A stretch of DNA of 64,000 nucleotides from Macrostomum lignano (Eukaryota): positions 18,877 through 82,876 of the forward strand of contig NIVC01003686.1 in the NCBI GenBank assembly GCA_002269645.1. Reading direction: 5' to 3'. Shown piece after piece: positions 29,319 through 45,472 of the stretch (within the stretch, counting starts at the first letter, position 1; every line of letters starts with the position of its first letter). The notes beneath the pieces are model-generated. The model ran no database searches and was not told the DNA's origin. It saw only the letters and a program-made list of their open reading frames with translations. The position numbers were made by a program, and so were the translations under genes.

Positions 29319-30974
29319 GAGAGCTTAATTTCAGGCTAGCATAATTTATGCGTGGCTTTCCTATTGGCCGGCGCGAAAACCAACTTGAAAACAGAAAGTA
29401 TCGATCGCATTGTACATAGGCTTTACAAACGCACGCAATGTTGTTTAAAATTCTTTGGGCATTACTTTAAGCAGACGTTAGAGTACGAGACCATTGAATT
29501 AACAATATTATAGATTGGCACTGCTTTCGCTAAAACGGCCCTCGTCGGGGCTACCTCAACTGACAACGTCACAATAACTACCTTGATTTCTTTTCTATTT
29601 CGTATTTTCTATACTTATAATTCGAATCATTTTCTGAAATTCAGAAAGCCGACATGTCATGTCAGGCAGTACAAGGTGAGGAAATAGATTCTGAATTAGA
29701 GTGTAGTTTCTAGCAATAGGGATGCGTTCGAGTAGCTTAAAATGGCTTAACATAGGGCCTATAACTTTGTGGCAGTCGCGGGTTGCCACTGTTGAAAACA
29801 ATAAATTTTTGCATGCAATTTCCAACCTTTCCACCATATGGCCCTTTACGTCAACTCTCCCCGCTGTTGGCCCATTTTTAGATCCCCGCATTGGCGCTTA
29901 TTTTTCTCTTTTCTGGCCCTTTTGTGCCCGGTTTGTTATTATTTTTGCATTGCGTATCCGGTGTTTTTGGTGTGGCCCATCCCCTGAATATTTTTGCCCA
30001 CTTGCTTGTCCATCGCCTGCCCCATTGCAAGAACATGATTTTCGCCGTTTAAATATTTCTCATTTTCTCGATCCCACTCTGAACCCGCCTTGGAACATCC
30101 GGAATACCCCCCCTGAATTTGGCATAACTAGTTTTACTTGAACTCTTATCGTCTGCTTTTTGAGCATTTTTATTAACTTTTAGCCCCTCTCCTCACCCCC
30201 CCCCGAATCCATCTAGGTAACCGGACTCAAACTGTGCTTGTTTCAATTAGCCAACTTACATTAATAAATTTATCCAACATTTAAGCACATTAACTTTTCT
30301 TTGACCAATAAAGCCCATAGTATTCTTTAATTTCTTTGCCTTTCTAGTTCTTTAAGTTTACTCAAGTCTTTTACTAAGTTCTTTGCCCGCGAGGCGTAAA
30401 ACAACCCGAATTCTCAACTCTAAGCCAGCTCTGGGAAATAAACGTTCCATAATATGTAAATTACGATGGTGGTAGCTCACTACGCTACTCATAATAAGCT
30501 TTAATAACCTAAATCGACGTATATTAAAACTCGGTGTCTGAGCTGAGGACCCAATATGAACGACCGTGCCTGTCAACGACATCTCGACTTCGACTTCAAC
30601 TACCCTCCCCCGGAATTGAGGACCACGGCAGACGGAGTAACCAGAAGAAATTTGCCGAGATTCGACTGCGCGATTTTCTGGCAATTAATTCGAGAGCGAA
30701 CTGATAAACTCAGGCGGCAATTCAATTTGCCCAACCACCGACTACAAAATATTTCTCCACCCCCACCCCACTTAAAATGAATTAATAATTTTAAGCGCTA
30801 TTTTAATGTACTCAGTAAAACAAAATAAATTACAAGATTTTATTTAAGAAATCGATAAGTGTCGTCAGCACGACCAATCGGCTCGAATATTGGTTCGTTA
30901 TCGGCTCGAATAACGAACGCAGGGGCTTTTGGTCCGTAATTAGAATGAACTTGCGGTTGTTATGGTACTAATAG

Positions 30975-32515
30975 AAATTCTTCAGGCTCCCAGGGACTCC
31001 TTCTGGATTTGTGGGTAGCGTCGCTGAGCGTCCGTCAGGGAATTCGAAGCGTTGGCGATCGGCTTCAGCTCGCTCCCATTTGGGTAGCGGTGAAGCAGCA
31101 CTGCGCCGATCTCAACATTTGATGCATCACAGGAGAGCCCGAGGGGAAGACTGGCATCGTAGTGAACCATTCACGTTCTCCGATAAGAGTTCTTTCTTGG
31201 TCCTATCGAAACCTCTGTTCCAGCCAGTGTCCTTCCTCGCTAGGCGGTACAGCGGCTCCGCAATAGTCGACATGCTTGTAGTAACAATCTCAGTAGGAAC
31301 TTCGAGTAGAGCTGCACCGAGCCTAGGAATGATCGGAGGCTGGACACATTCTCTCTTTGGCGTGGGCATCTCCCGGACAGCGTCAACCTTGGAGGAGCCT
31401 TGGCAATGCCATCCTTCGACAGAATGTATAGCCGAGGTACTCAACACAGGGCAGCGCTATCTCGCACTTGTTTTTTTCGATAACGGGGTCCATTGTCGCT
31501 GACCCGTTGAAAAAGTCGACGAAGGTTTGCAATGTGCCAAAAGTCGATGAAGGTTTGTTAGTCGTCCAGGAAGAAGGCGACTCCCGGAAAGTCACCAGCC
31601 ATCATTTCAATGATCGACTGGAACTCACCTACTGCAGACTTCCGTGCCGAAGGCAAGTTTTTTTAAGTAGCACAACGCGATGAGTGCTCAGGGCCAGTTG
31701 CCTTTGACTGACGGACTCAAGCTTGACCTGGTTGTAGGTATCTGCCAGGTCGATTTTCGAGAAGCAGTGACTGCCGCCCTGCTTCTTTAGAAGTTTCTCT
31801 GGTAGTGGCAGTGGATGACGATTATCGTCCACGCTGCGAGTTGACTTGACCGGCTGGCCGAAACTCGCGGCGCCCATCAGTTGACCGACCGAGATCCACA
31901 GCTGCTTTGTTGCAGTCTGACCCAACAGGTTTAGGCCAGGCACCTGGATGCCGTGCTGAGCAGACGACCCAGAAGAGTTTTTTCGCCGACGAAGGTTACT
32001 AGGACCGGCATGTCGTGTTGGCTGGTGGACTCTTAGCGCCACTTGGTTTATTCTTTCAGCGTAGACTAACTAGCTTCCTCCAGAAAACCTTTGTGATGAA
32101 GTTGCCGTTCGTCGCAGTGTCGATTTCTACGACGTGATCTTCATTTTGGATGCGGATCAGCAATTCAATTATCGGCATCTCGGGGTCGGTGCCTGAGACT
32201 GCATGTACGACGACGTGATTGCAGATGTGCATCACTGGCTTCTTAGTAGTGGCCTGGGCTGGCGCGAGCTCTTTGGTCTTAGAGCGGCACACCGCTTCCA
32301 GGTGTCCCTCCTTCTGGCAGTGACGCCATGTAGAGTTTTTGAAACGGCACTCGTTGTCTCGATGGCTTGTCGAGCCGCAACGGTAGCAACGGTCTCTTTG
32401 AATTTGGCGATGCAGACGCCGGCTTTACGGGTGTAGCATCGGGTTTCTGGCCTCCTGCCTGACCTTGCTAACAGGGCAAGGCTTGTTCCCGTGGCCAGTT
32501 TCCTTGGCAACACGA
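30975..32515 (-). pseudogene. Second, heavily decayed Ty3/gypsy fragment (protease-RT-RNase H)
   Basis: Contains EIDTATNG, FSKIDLADTYNQVKL and LSCDASNVEIGAVLLHRYPNGSELKPIANAS...YPQIQKE, with many stops and frameshifts. No LTRs were found. Confidence 0.8.
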
Positions 32516-33109
32516 GCAGGCCGGATAATTATATCATTATAAATATTATATCATTATTATTGGCGTGCAAGTCGGTGTCACCTGCAGAAGGAATCAAGTC
32601 TCTGTACTATGTGATTTCGGAGCCATTCAAAGTTAAAGTTTCCGCTGGTTCTAGTGTATTTAGATGGGAAAAGTCCGAGAAATTTAACTTGAATCTGCCC
32701 AGCTGTGTCAGCACACTCAGATATGAGATTATTTAAATTATTAGAACGTGCCAGTGTTGTGACATAGCCTCATCTAGAATGTCGCAGGCTCCCTTCAGCG
32801 GGCGAGCCTGGGATCGCTTCAGTCCGCTGGCCGGACTGACTTCAATAACTACTAAGCGTGTGAGATCGCGTCAAGACACTGAGCCGGTCCGTCCCTAGAT
32901 CCCACAACTCGTACATCCCCGAAGACAGTATTCCCACGCAAATAAAGCGGGTAAAACTCACTGTTTTGTTTCTGCAAGGAGCCAGTAGCTGTAAATCACT
33001 AGCTGTGAGAGTGAGGCAGAGCGGCCGAGAGGTGTCTAATACAAATGCGTTGCTCGTTTTAAAATAGATTGAGTCTAGAATAGATACTAGCTGGTTAGAA
33101 GATCGCAAG

Positions 33110-33668
33110 CCTAGAGAAGTTCAAGCAAATGCTGTGAAGACCTGCAATTCCTGGAGACCCTGCAGCACCCTGGAGTACAGCCCGAAAATTTCCAGCACCG
33201 ATTGGCCCTCAAAAAGCTCGATTGGTCCGTTTATCGACAGCGCAATTTATTTTGCAAGGAAGCGGGCCAAGTCTAACAACAACGCTCGATTATCTACTAA
33301 GTGACAGCGCCGACAACATAGCGTCCTACTTGACCAAAAACATGCTCAAAGTTCACTTCAAACCCAGAAAAACTCAAAGTGACAAATTCACGTTTAGCCG
33401 ACACTATGGCTTTTTGAACTTCGTCTCTCAGATGTTGGCGGAATAATAGGAATTTATCTGGGCATGTCGCTGTTGACTCTGTATGAACTGCATGCTTGAG
33501 CTAGTCTACGATTTGGTGATGTCGCTTCGCAAAGATTCACAACAGTCAGCCGTTTTCGCCTTGAAACAGTACAAAGACAGTGGCGCTTCTGACAGAAACA
33601 GGCAGTATGGACACCATGAGGACCTAAGAAGTTCATTGATTATTAAGCGTGCATGTATAGGAACTTAG
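33110..33668 (+). pseudogene. DEG/ENaC paralog, 3' fragment
   Basis: Contains STDWPS, LDYLLS, MLKVHFKP...FTFSRHYG and a frameshifted DVGGIIGIYLGMSLLTLYEL, homologous to the C-termini of 40599-42254 and 45473-47107. No upstream part was found. Confidence 0.85.
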
Positions 33669-33760
33669 CTCTAGATTATCAATTTAAGACGTTAGTCTTT
33701 AAAACGTTTATTAGTTCCTTACTTGAAACATACGAGTAAGATGCATTGTAAACTGCTATT

Positions 33761-34152
33761 GGGGCCGTAGCCTAATGCTCTAGCACGGCGCTCTGATGCG
33801 CCAGCGGCCCAGGCTCGGTTCCAAGTGCAGTCACATTAAAGTGGGGCTAAATTGAAATCTTGAATTGGGTCCAAAGCACAGTGAAGTGTACATGCCCAAC
33901 GATAAATATACTCAGCAACATTGAAAAGTCGCCACCCTTTGCCCCAGTGAGCCGTGTCTTTTGACCAGCAATCCATTCAATCTTCGCCTTTCGCTCTTCC
34001 CAATCCCTCCTCACCCAGTTGCGTCACTTAAAAGTCAATCTGAGCTAGAATTTACTGTGTACTCTCAAATGTGGCGACTTCCTAATGTTGTTGAGTACAA
34101 TTTCGCTTAGAGTGCCGTCAAGGTGCACAGAGCCCCTGACTCTTATAAAAAT
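33761..34152 (+). mobile_element. tRNA-derived SINE (family B), older copy interrupted by a MITE
   Basis: The head GGGGCCGTAGCCTAATG...CCCAGGCTCGGTTCCAAGTGCAGTCACATT and the tail GGTGCACAGAGCCCCTGACTCTTATAAAAA match 42756-43091. Confidence 0.7.
33911..34095. mobile_element. Small MITE with TA flanks (Tc1/mariner-like)
   Basis: About 25-bp imperfect TIR (CTCAGCAACATTGAAAAGTCGCCAC / GTGGCGACTTCCTAATGTTGTTGAG) with TA on both sides. Confidence 0.6.
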
Positions 34153-35030
34153 ACATGTAGAGTAAAATAGGAAAACAATGTATATTCGCTTACATAATCG
34201 TTAAAAAACCAGCTTTGAAAAAAAGCATACAAGCAGAAAATAAAAAAAAATTGTAATCTATGGTTCATTTATCACTCAGTTTTATTTTTCTGATGACACG
34301 CCGAGAAGCATAGTGGATAAATTTAAAGATTAAACAGCTACATGCCAATCGATATAAATTTAGTGAGACAAAACCTGAAGAAATGTTCATTAGCATGGAT
34401 GACCTGCAGCACCTACAACATCCCCGTCTATAGCATCAGGTCATGATTTCAATGCCGGTTTATACTGGTTCTGTAATGAATTCTAGTCCAGAGCCTTTGC
34501 CTCTGCCCGTTTGCTGGGTGGGGTGTAGTTGTGCTTCGTGGATGTAAGGGGACGGGGTTGGTTTAGCGGGGTCGCTCTTGCCCGCTGCGTAAAGCACTTG
34601 ACTTGAATTATTGGGTTGCTTGCTTTCTTTTGCTTGCTTTCCTCGTTTCTTTTACGCTCGTACACACCTTGACTTGACATAATGAAATTCGCTTAAACTA
34701 TACACGCTTCTCGCCGTCACACATGTGCCTTTGCTTTGTTCCTTTCGGCTCAGTTGGCTAATTGTATTGAATCATATTCATTCATGCAATTAAAATTTCA
34801 CATAAGCACTCCGATAGCGGCTTTTAATTTCTCGGTCATGGCATGAAAATGCCAATGATGAATGCAGAATGGAAGATTGTCTAAAATACAAAGGACACTA
34901 ATTGGAACGGTCGACGTGAAAAGTCCCTAACTAAACACTTCCGCAGTTTGTGAATTTCTCACTGCTACGTTAATTCTTTAACCCATTTAGTATAGAGCAT
35001 TGCAAACAATAATTTTTCTTGGCTTTGCGG

Positions 35031-35041
35031 TGTTTATACAG
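35031..35041 (+). promoter_or_regulatory. Conserved TGTTTAYACAG motif upstream of DEG/ENaC paralogs (copy 1; others at 44469 and 48680)
   Basis: The same 11-mer lies upstream of three paralogs. It is compatible with a forkhead site (RYAAAYA on the reverse strand) or a 3' splice acceptor. The function is inferred. Confidence 0.45.
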
Positions 35042-35222
35042 GTGGTGCGCTCTCTGGAGTGGAGCAGCTCTCCGTAACTAAGCAAGCCAGCTAAGAGTAG
35101 CAAACTCAGCTGCAGTGAACCCACAAAACTAAGAATACTTACTTACTACTGACGGGGGGCGCAGGCGCCGCGAATAGGCCGCGAGGCCCCTATCGCAACC
35201 CCAAGGTAAAAGAGCACAAGGA

Positions 35223-40324
<5,102 letters not shown>

Positions 40325-40598
40325 TTAGCAGCCACCTGCCCCGCAAAAAAGCAGCAGGGGGGATCCGTCCCCCACCAGCAGACCAAGACGAGGAAGCTAG
40401 CCGCTTCCACGCCAGGCCAGAACGAAAAGGAGGGGGAAGAGCCTCCTCGAAAAACGAAAAGCTGGCGGATGTCACAGAGTCCCTCGGTTTAAGTTGCCGT
40501 TTGCCCCCCAAAACTAAGAATAAGTAACTGGGCTGTGCAGACCAGCGCAGGTTGCAGACAGACACGAAATCGTTTCCTGATAACTTTGCTAGGTAACA

Positions 40599-42254
40599 AT
40601 GCAGTCACTAAAGTCAGCTTTGGAGAACACTTCGGCGCACGCGCTCCCGAGAACAGTGTCAGCCAAGCCAATTTACATCCGAATCGTCTGGTTGCTGATC
40701 TTTTTCACAATGCTGGCGCTTTTCCTCACAGGATTCAGCGATTTTGTGGTTAAACTGCAGCAGAACGAGCCAACCAGCACACAGGAAGTGGGAGTTGAGA
40801 GCTTCGTCTTCCCGGACGTGTACATGTGCTTCGAGAGTCCAATCTCTGGAAGCTACTCCGCGAGGGTCGATGCGGCCACAGCTGATGAAATCAATGCGGG
40901 ATTGAATGCGACAAGCGGAGCCATACAGAACTATATCGCAATGCTGGGTATAACAGGTGAAGAAGCTCGGCAAACTGAAGCAGAGTTCAGCTTCATGTAT
41001 CCACAGTCCCTGCCTTACAGCTTGCTGATTGACGCTCTGGGGCACAGAGTAGAACAGTCGGTGATCACCAGCCAAATCACCTACCTCAGCAACTATGGAA
41101 CGGCTTTGTATCGGGACCTTCGACCTGAAAGCTTCTATCATCCGAAGTGGCTTCGCTGCCTGAAATGGGCCCTCAACAGTTCGATGCAAGCAAAAATTTT
41201 GCAAGCGGGAAAGACGTCAGGCATAATTGCTCGAATTCTTATCGATCAAAACTTCTCCGATATTTATAGCGCCTCTAACAGAATTCAACAGAAGGTGTTC
41301 GATCAGAGCACCCCGATCCCGACCTCGGACTGGACTCTTGGCGACCCGGTGGGTCCAGACAGGAGCTCGGGTGTCCGCGTGTTCCTCGCACCTCCGGGTC
41401 AGTACCCGTCCGACTTCACGACGTCGTTCTCGCTCAGTCCCGGGAAGCACCACACCGTGGAGATCGGCATGACCAAATATCAGTACAAATCTGGCCAGTT
41501 CGATTGCTTGGAGAATGAGCCCCCAGTTCAGTTCTTGAACCCTTACGATCGGACTCCCTATGAGTACAGTTACAGCTACTCGTACTGCTTCTACTACCAG
41601 TATCACAAGCAGTGTCAGACTTGCTTGCAACTGTCCGGAGAGATTAGCCCAATGCCGTGGCCATTAAGAGGCTACAAATACGTGACCAACCTCACTGGTT
41701 TGCCAAACTTTTTCTCAGTATTGGCCATGAATGGTTCGCTTGGAGAATATTGCGATGCTGCGATCAACCAGACTCGTGTGAATGCCGTGAAGGCGTGTCA
41801 ATCAAAACGGCTGTGCAGTGACCAGGACTACAGCGTTCGGATCTCCAGCACTGACTGGCCTTCGCTCAGCTCGCTCGATCCGTTTATCAGAAGCTTCATC
41901 TTCCAGTCTTGGAACAGGGCCAAAGCCCAGAATCTCAGTGTGCCGGCGCTGGACTTTCTGCTTAGCGGCAGCGCCGACAGGGTCGTCAGTTACTCGAACA
42001 GAAACTTGCTTAAAGTGCACTTTTTACCGAGTAAAGTTCAGTGCGACAAGATCACCTTCTCGAGGGATTACGGAGCATCGAGTTTCATCTCTGATGTTGG
42101 TGGCATCATGGGAATTTACCTGGGAATGTCCTTGTTGACGCTGTGTGAAGTTCTTGAACTGATCTACGATATATCAGTAAATTATCTGCTGAAAAGAAGA
42201 GGTCAATCGGTCAACGCAGGAACTATAACAGATGGCGAAAATGATGTGAATTAA
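40599..42254 (+). CDS. Intronless DEG/ENaC (amiloride-sensitive Na+ channel family) subunit A, 551 aa
   Basis: Pre-TM1 SAHALPR, TM1 IVWLLIFFTMLALFL, FPDVYMC, GVRVF, FSLSPG, STDWPS, NLLKVHF, and TM2 FISDVGGIMGIYLGMSLLTLCEVLE. Confidence 0.92.
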   Translation: MQSLKSALENTSAHALPRTVSAKPIYIRIVWLLIFFTMLALFLTGFSDFVVKLQQNEPTSTQEVGVESFVFPDVYMCFESPISGSYSARVDAATADEINAGLNATSGAIQNYIAMLGITGEEARQTEAEFSFMYPQSLPYSLLIDALGHRVEQSVITSQITYLSNYGTALYRDLRPESFYHPKWLRCLKWALNSSMQAKILQAGKTSGIIARILIDQNFSDIYSASNRIQQKVFDQSTPIPTSDWTLGDPVGPDRSSGVRVFLAPPGQYPSDFTTSFSLSPGKHHTVEIGMTKYQYKSGQFDCLENEPPVQFLNPYDRTPYEYSYSYSYCFYYQYHKQCQTCLQLSGEISPMPWPLRGYKYVTNLTGLPNFFSVLAMNGSLGEYCDAAINQTRVNAVKACQSKRLCSDQDYSVRISSTDWPSLSSLDPFIRSFIFQSWNRAKAQNLSVPALDFLLSGSADRVVSYSNRNLLKVHFLPSKVQCDKITFSRDYGASSFISDVGGIMGIYLGMSLLTLCEVLELIYDISVNYLLKRRGQSVNAGTITDGENDVN

Positions 42255-42694
42255 AGTTTTATACCAATGATTAAAACTGCACTGAAAACAACTACGGAGA
42301 ATAATGTGAAAACTATCCATCATTAATATTTACGTTATTTACACTAAAAATAATTTTTTTCTGGAATTTAGAGCGGAATCTCTTTTGTTGCTATGTAGCT
42401 TTATCTAATAATTCTTTCACTCAAGATAGCTGTTGGAAGTCAATCCTTAAGCCGTACATTAATGTCACTGGTCCCCGATTTAATTTAGCTATGATTTATT
42501 TCTAGCAAAGTGGGCATACACAGGACATTGAATACAGGAATGAAAGAGCTGGAAAATTGTCAGACAATCTGGTTAAACAATCGGTGCACAGTCCTCCTGT
42601 TTATTCAGTCAATTATTTACCTGGCTTTAGAGTTTTAGTTTTCCGATTAGCAATTGATAGTAGCTATTTTACAATCAGGATTTTACAAAAGTTT

Positions 42695-43190
42695 TTTTTG
42701 TCTCGTCCCCGACTGCTTGGAGCAGCAATACAAGCGTACCTACAGGCTATCGCCAGGGGGCCGTAGCCCAGCGGTCTAGCGCAGGCTCTGGTGTGCCAGC
42801 AACCCAGGCTCGATTCCAAGTGCAGTCACATTAATTTGGGGCTGAATTGGAATCTCGGCTTGGCTCTGCTCGTGCAATTAACGGCCTTGAGAGCCAACCC
42901 CCCAAGGCACAGTGAAGGCCGCTGTACACTCCTGTGTGAGTGTGTGCCTGCGTACGTATCCGTGCGCTTGTATGCCTGCTCAGGGGAGTCGGCGGAATGG
43001 GCAGTAATGCCTCTCGCCGGTTGTGTGCCTATGTCGCTTAAAGTGCGCCAGGGTGCACACAACCCCCCTGCCTCTAATAAAAAAAAATAAAACAGGCTAT
43101 CGCCATGCATCCAATGATAGCGGCGTTGGAATTGACAACGGCACACGGACTACACAGAAGCGTCTCTGGAAAAATCACGTCAAAAAATTA
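42695..43190 (+). pseudogene. DEG/ENaC paralog, 5' relic (leader plus the first approx. 25 codons, ATG at 43105), interrupted by a SINE
   Basis: The leader GACTGCTTGGAGCAGCAATAC and MHPMIAALELTTAHGLHRSVSGK are homologous to the start of paralog B. Homology then ends. Confidence 0.8.
42756..43091 (+). mobile_element. Full-length tRNA-derived SINE (family B), 336 bp
   Basis: A/B boxes (TAGCCCAGCGG, GGCTCGATTCC), an A-rich tail and an exact 14-bp TSD ACAGGCTATCGCCA (42742-42755, 43092-43105). Confidence 0.9.
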
Positions 43191-45472
43191 TGCATAAAAT
43201 ACGGTTCGCACTACTAAAGAGGGCAAATACACGATTAAAATTTATTAAAATTGCTAAAAAAGGTAAGTTGCCTATTAAGTCTGTAAAATATTAGCAAAAC
43301 GGAAATAAGGTGTGTACAAAAGGCGAAATGTACGTGCTTACAAAAAATAAATAGCTCATCAAATAGTCAATTCATGCCACGTAGATTATAAATTCACTGT
43401 AACAATTAGTGGTCCCATCGAACCGTAAGCTTGCTTCCATAACCTGACGTCTGAAATAAAGGTACTGCATTACAGATCGAGTGATGTGCTGGGAGACGTG
43501 AAGAGTAAAACAAGCACTGTTGAATCTTTTTTCGTTGATTTTGCTCGTTTTCTCAACATCTTCACTTCAATGGCAGCAGCACGGCCGAGATTTTATCATG
43601 AGTATGGAAACTGTCCTTGATTCTCCTTGCTCAGACCACCGTATGCTTGAAATCCATAGATAGCTAGACAGACCAAGGACTACTTAAGTCGAAGGACGGA
43701 AAACCTCGTATCGTGGAAAATTTTAAGAGGCGGGTTTTTTCTGAAGAAAAACACACTACGGAGATAGGAAGTTTTATTGTTCAACACGAAAATTATTATT
43801 GCGATAGTAGATAGACTAAATTTTTATCGTTTGACATGTTGTGCTTTTCTTATATAGCTCTATTGATATTCATACATAGAGCTTTTTGTTTGGGAAAAAG
43901 GATTCTATGTTTATTATTTTTTCTTGTTTATGTTCAATCTTGTTTGTTTATTTTCAAATTGTACGAATAGATTTTCTGTGCCCAAAAACCGTTAAAATCA
44001 CACTGCTTTTTCATTCTCCACCATTCTCTCGAAAATTCTCTCCTCACTCCTCAAAAAGGTAACTTATCGAGCTAATTATCAATAATTTAAAGCGATAAAG
44101 GTTGATAGATGCAGAGCAGTGGTTTTTTGTGCCCTCTACAAAACAGAATTATTGGTAGAATTTTGGCGAAAAAAGATGCTTAAGTGAATAGCAATCAGAT
44201 AGAAGCAGATTTTTTGAAAAATCTCGAAGCCATACATTGGTGTAGCCAAAGTGAAAAGATCTTGATGCAGACACTTCCGCACAGCTAATTGCAGCAAATG
44301 TGAGAGTGTCCACTAATTCCCTAATCCATTAGGGTATATAGACAATTTCAAACTGTGCATTACGTTTCCATGGAAAATTTGAAAAACGATTAGTAGTATA
44401 AACCCATTAGCTAGAGCTCTTTGATTTGTATCTTGTATCTTAGTATTAAAGATATCTTGGTTTTGTGATGTTTACACAGGTGGTGCGCTTTGACATGGAG
44501 CATCTCTCCGACACAGAGCTAGCCACAGCTAAAATCAGTACACTTGTAGCTGCAGAGAGTCAACAAAACCCAGAGAAATCGACCAGATTGCAGCAGGTTA
44601 AAGACGGGAAGAAATTGTCTGCTGAGAATTTCGCTGGGGTAATTATGGCTTAGTTTAATTAGTATGTTGCTGAGATGAATGATGCCCGAACCTGCGAGTA
44701 TTTTCATTGTCATTTTCATTGCCTGCGAGAGCAACAAGTGCATGGTCTTAGGTGACTTTTCGAGTTATTTAGGAGCATCACTGGAAAATGACGAAAAATG
44801 CTAATAATGATAAAAAACCAAGCTAGAAAATATCGATTATTCGTATTTTAAAATGACTTTTTCGAATATTATCTAGCAGCATCTCGCATCTCCGAACAAA
44901 TTAGTTACTTTTTATCAAACTTACACTAATTTCTGTGGTAGCTAAGTTTCTTAATCGTTCTCTACTGAATTTACTAAAGTACGAGTTAATTTAGCTCGTA
45001 GCTTTATCTAGAAATATCTACTACAAAAATAGCATACGTATATCAGGAACCACTCAAATTTTATCTGCGCATAGCTTATGCTTACTTTTTCCAGTATATT
45101 GACGGAGGGGTTGTCCTGTATTGTAAGCCTGAATTGTCGATTACGTAGCTACATGCAAACAAAAACTATTTATGCAAATCAGAGCCTGTGAAAGAGGTAG
45201 AAAGCCATTTGATTTTTATGTGCACACGGCACCCAATGTTTAATCAGTTGATTTCTTTCCATGGCCATAACCGGTTTTTTATTTGTTTTACTTTTCCAAT
45301 AGCCTTCAATTGATTACTTTCTCCAAAATAACCAATGCTGGAAAGGTTTGAGCAGAACAGTAAAAACCGGCTCACCACCGCACGAAGCAGGTTTTAAAAA
45401 CGTTTTCTTGTCAAGTCCCTGACTGCTTGGAGCAGCAATACGAGCGTGACAGAGCGTACCCGCAGGCTCGTA

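Larger units (their letters stand above)
24161..29573 (-). mobile_element. Solo LTR (about 0.8 kb: 24161-24717 plus 29324-29573) split by the gypsy insertion
   Basis: Inverted termini TGTGACG (24161) and CGTCACA (29573), a 4-bp TSD ATAA (24157-24160, 29574-29577), and TATA-like and AATAAA signals on the minus strand. Confidence 0.7.

Noticed and set aside
29595-30780. Short ORFs between the two gypsy elements
   Set aside because: No recognisable motifs, splice structure or termini were found.
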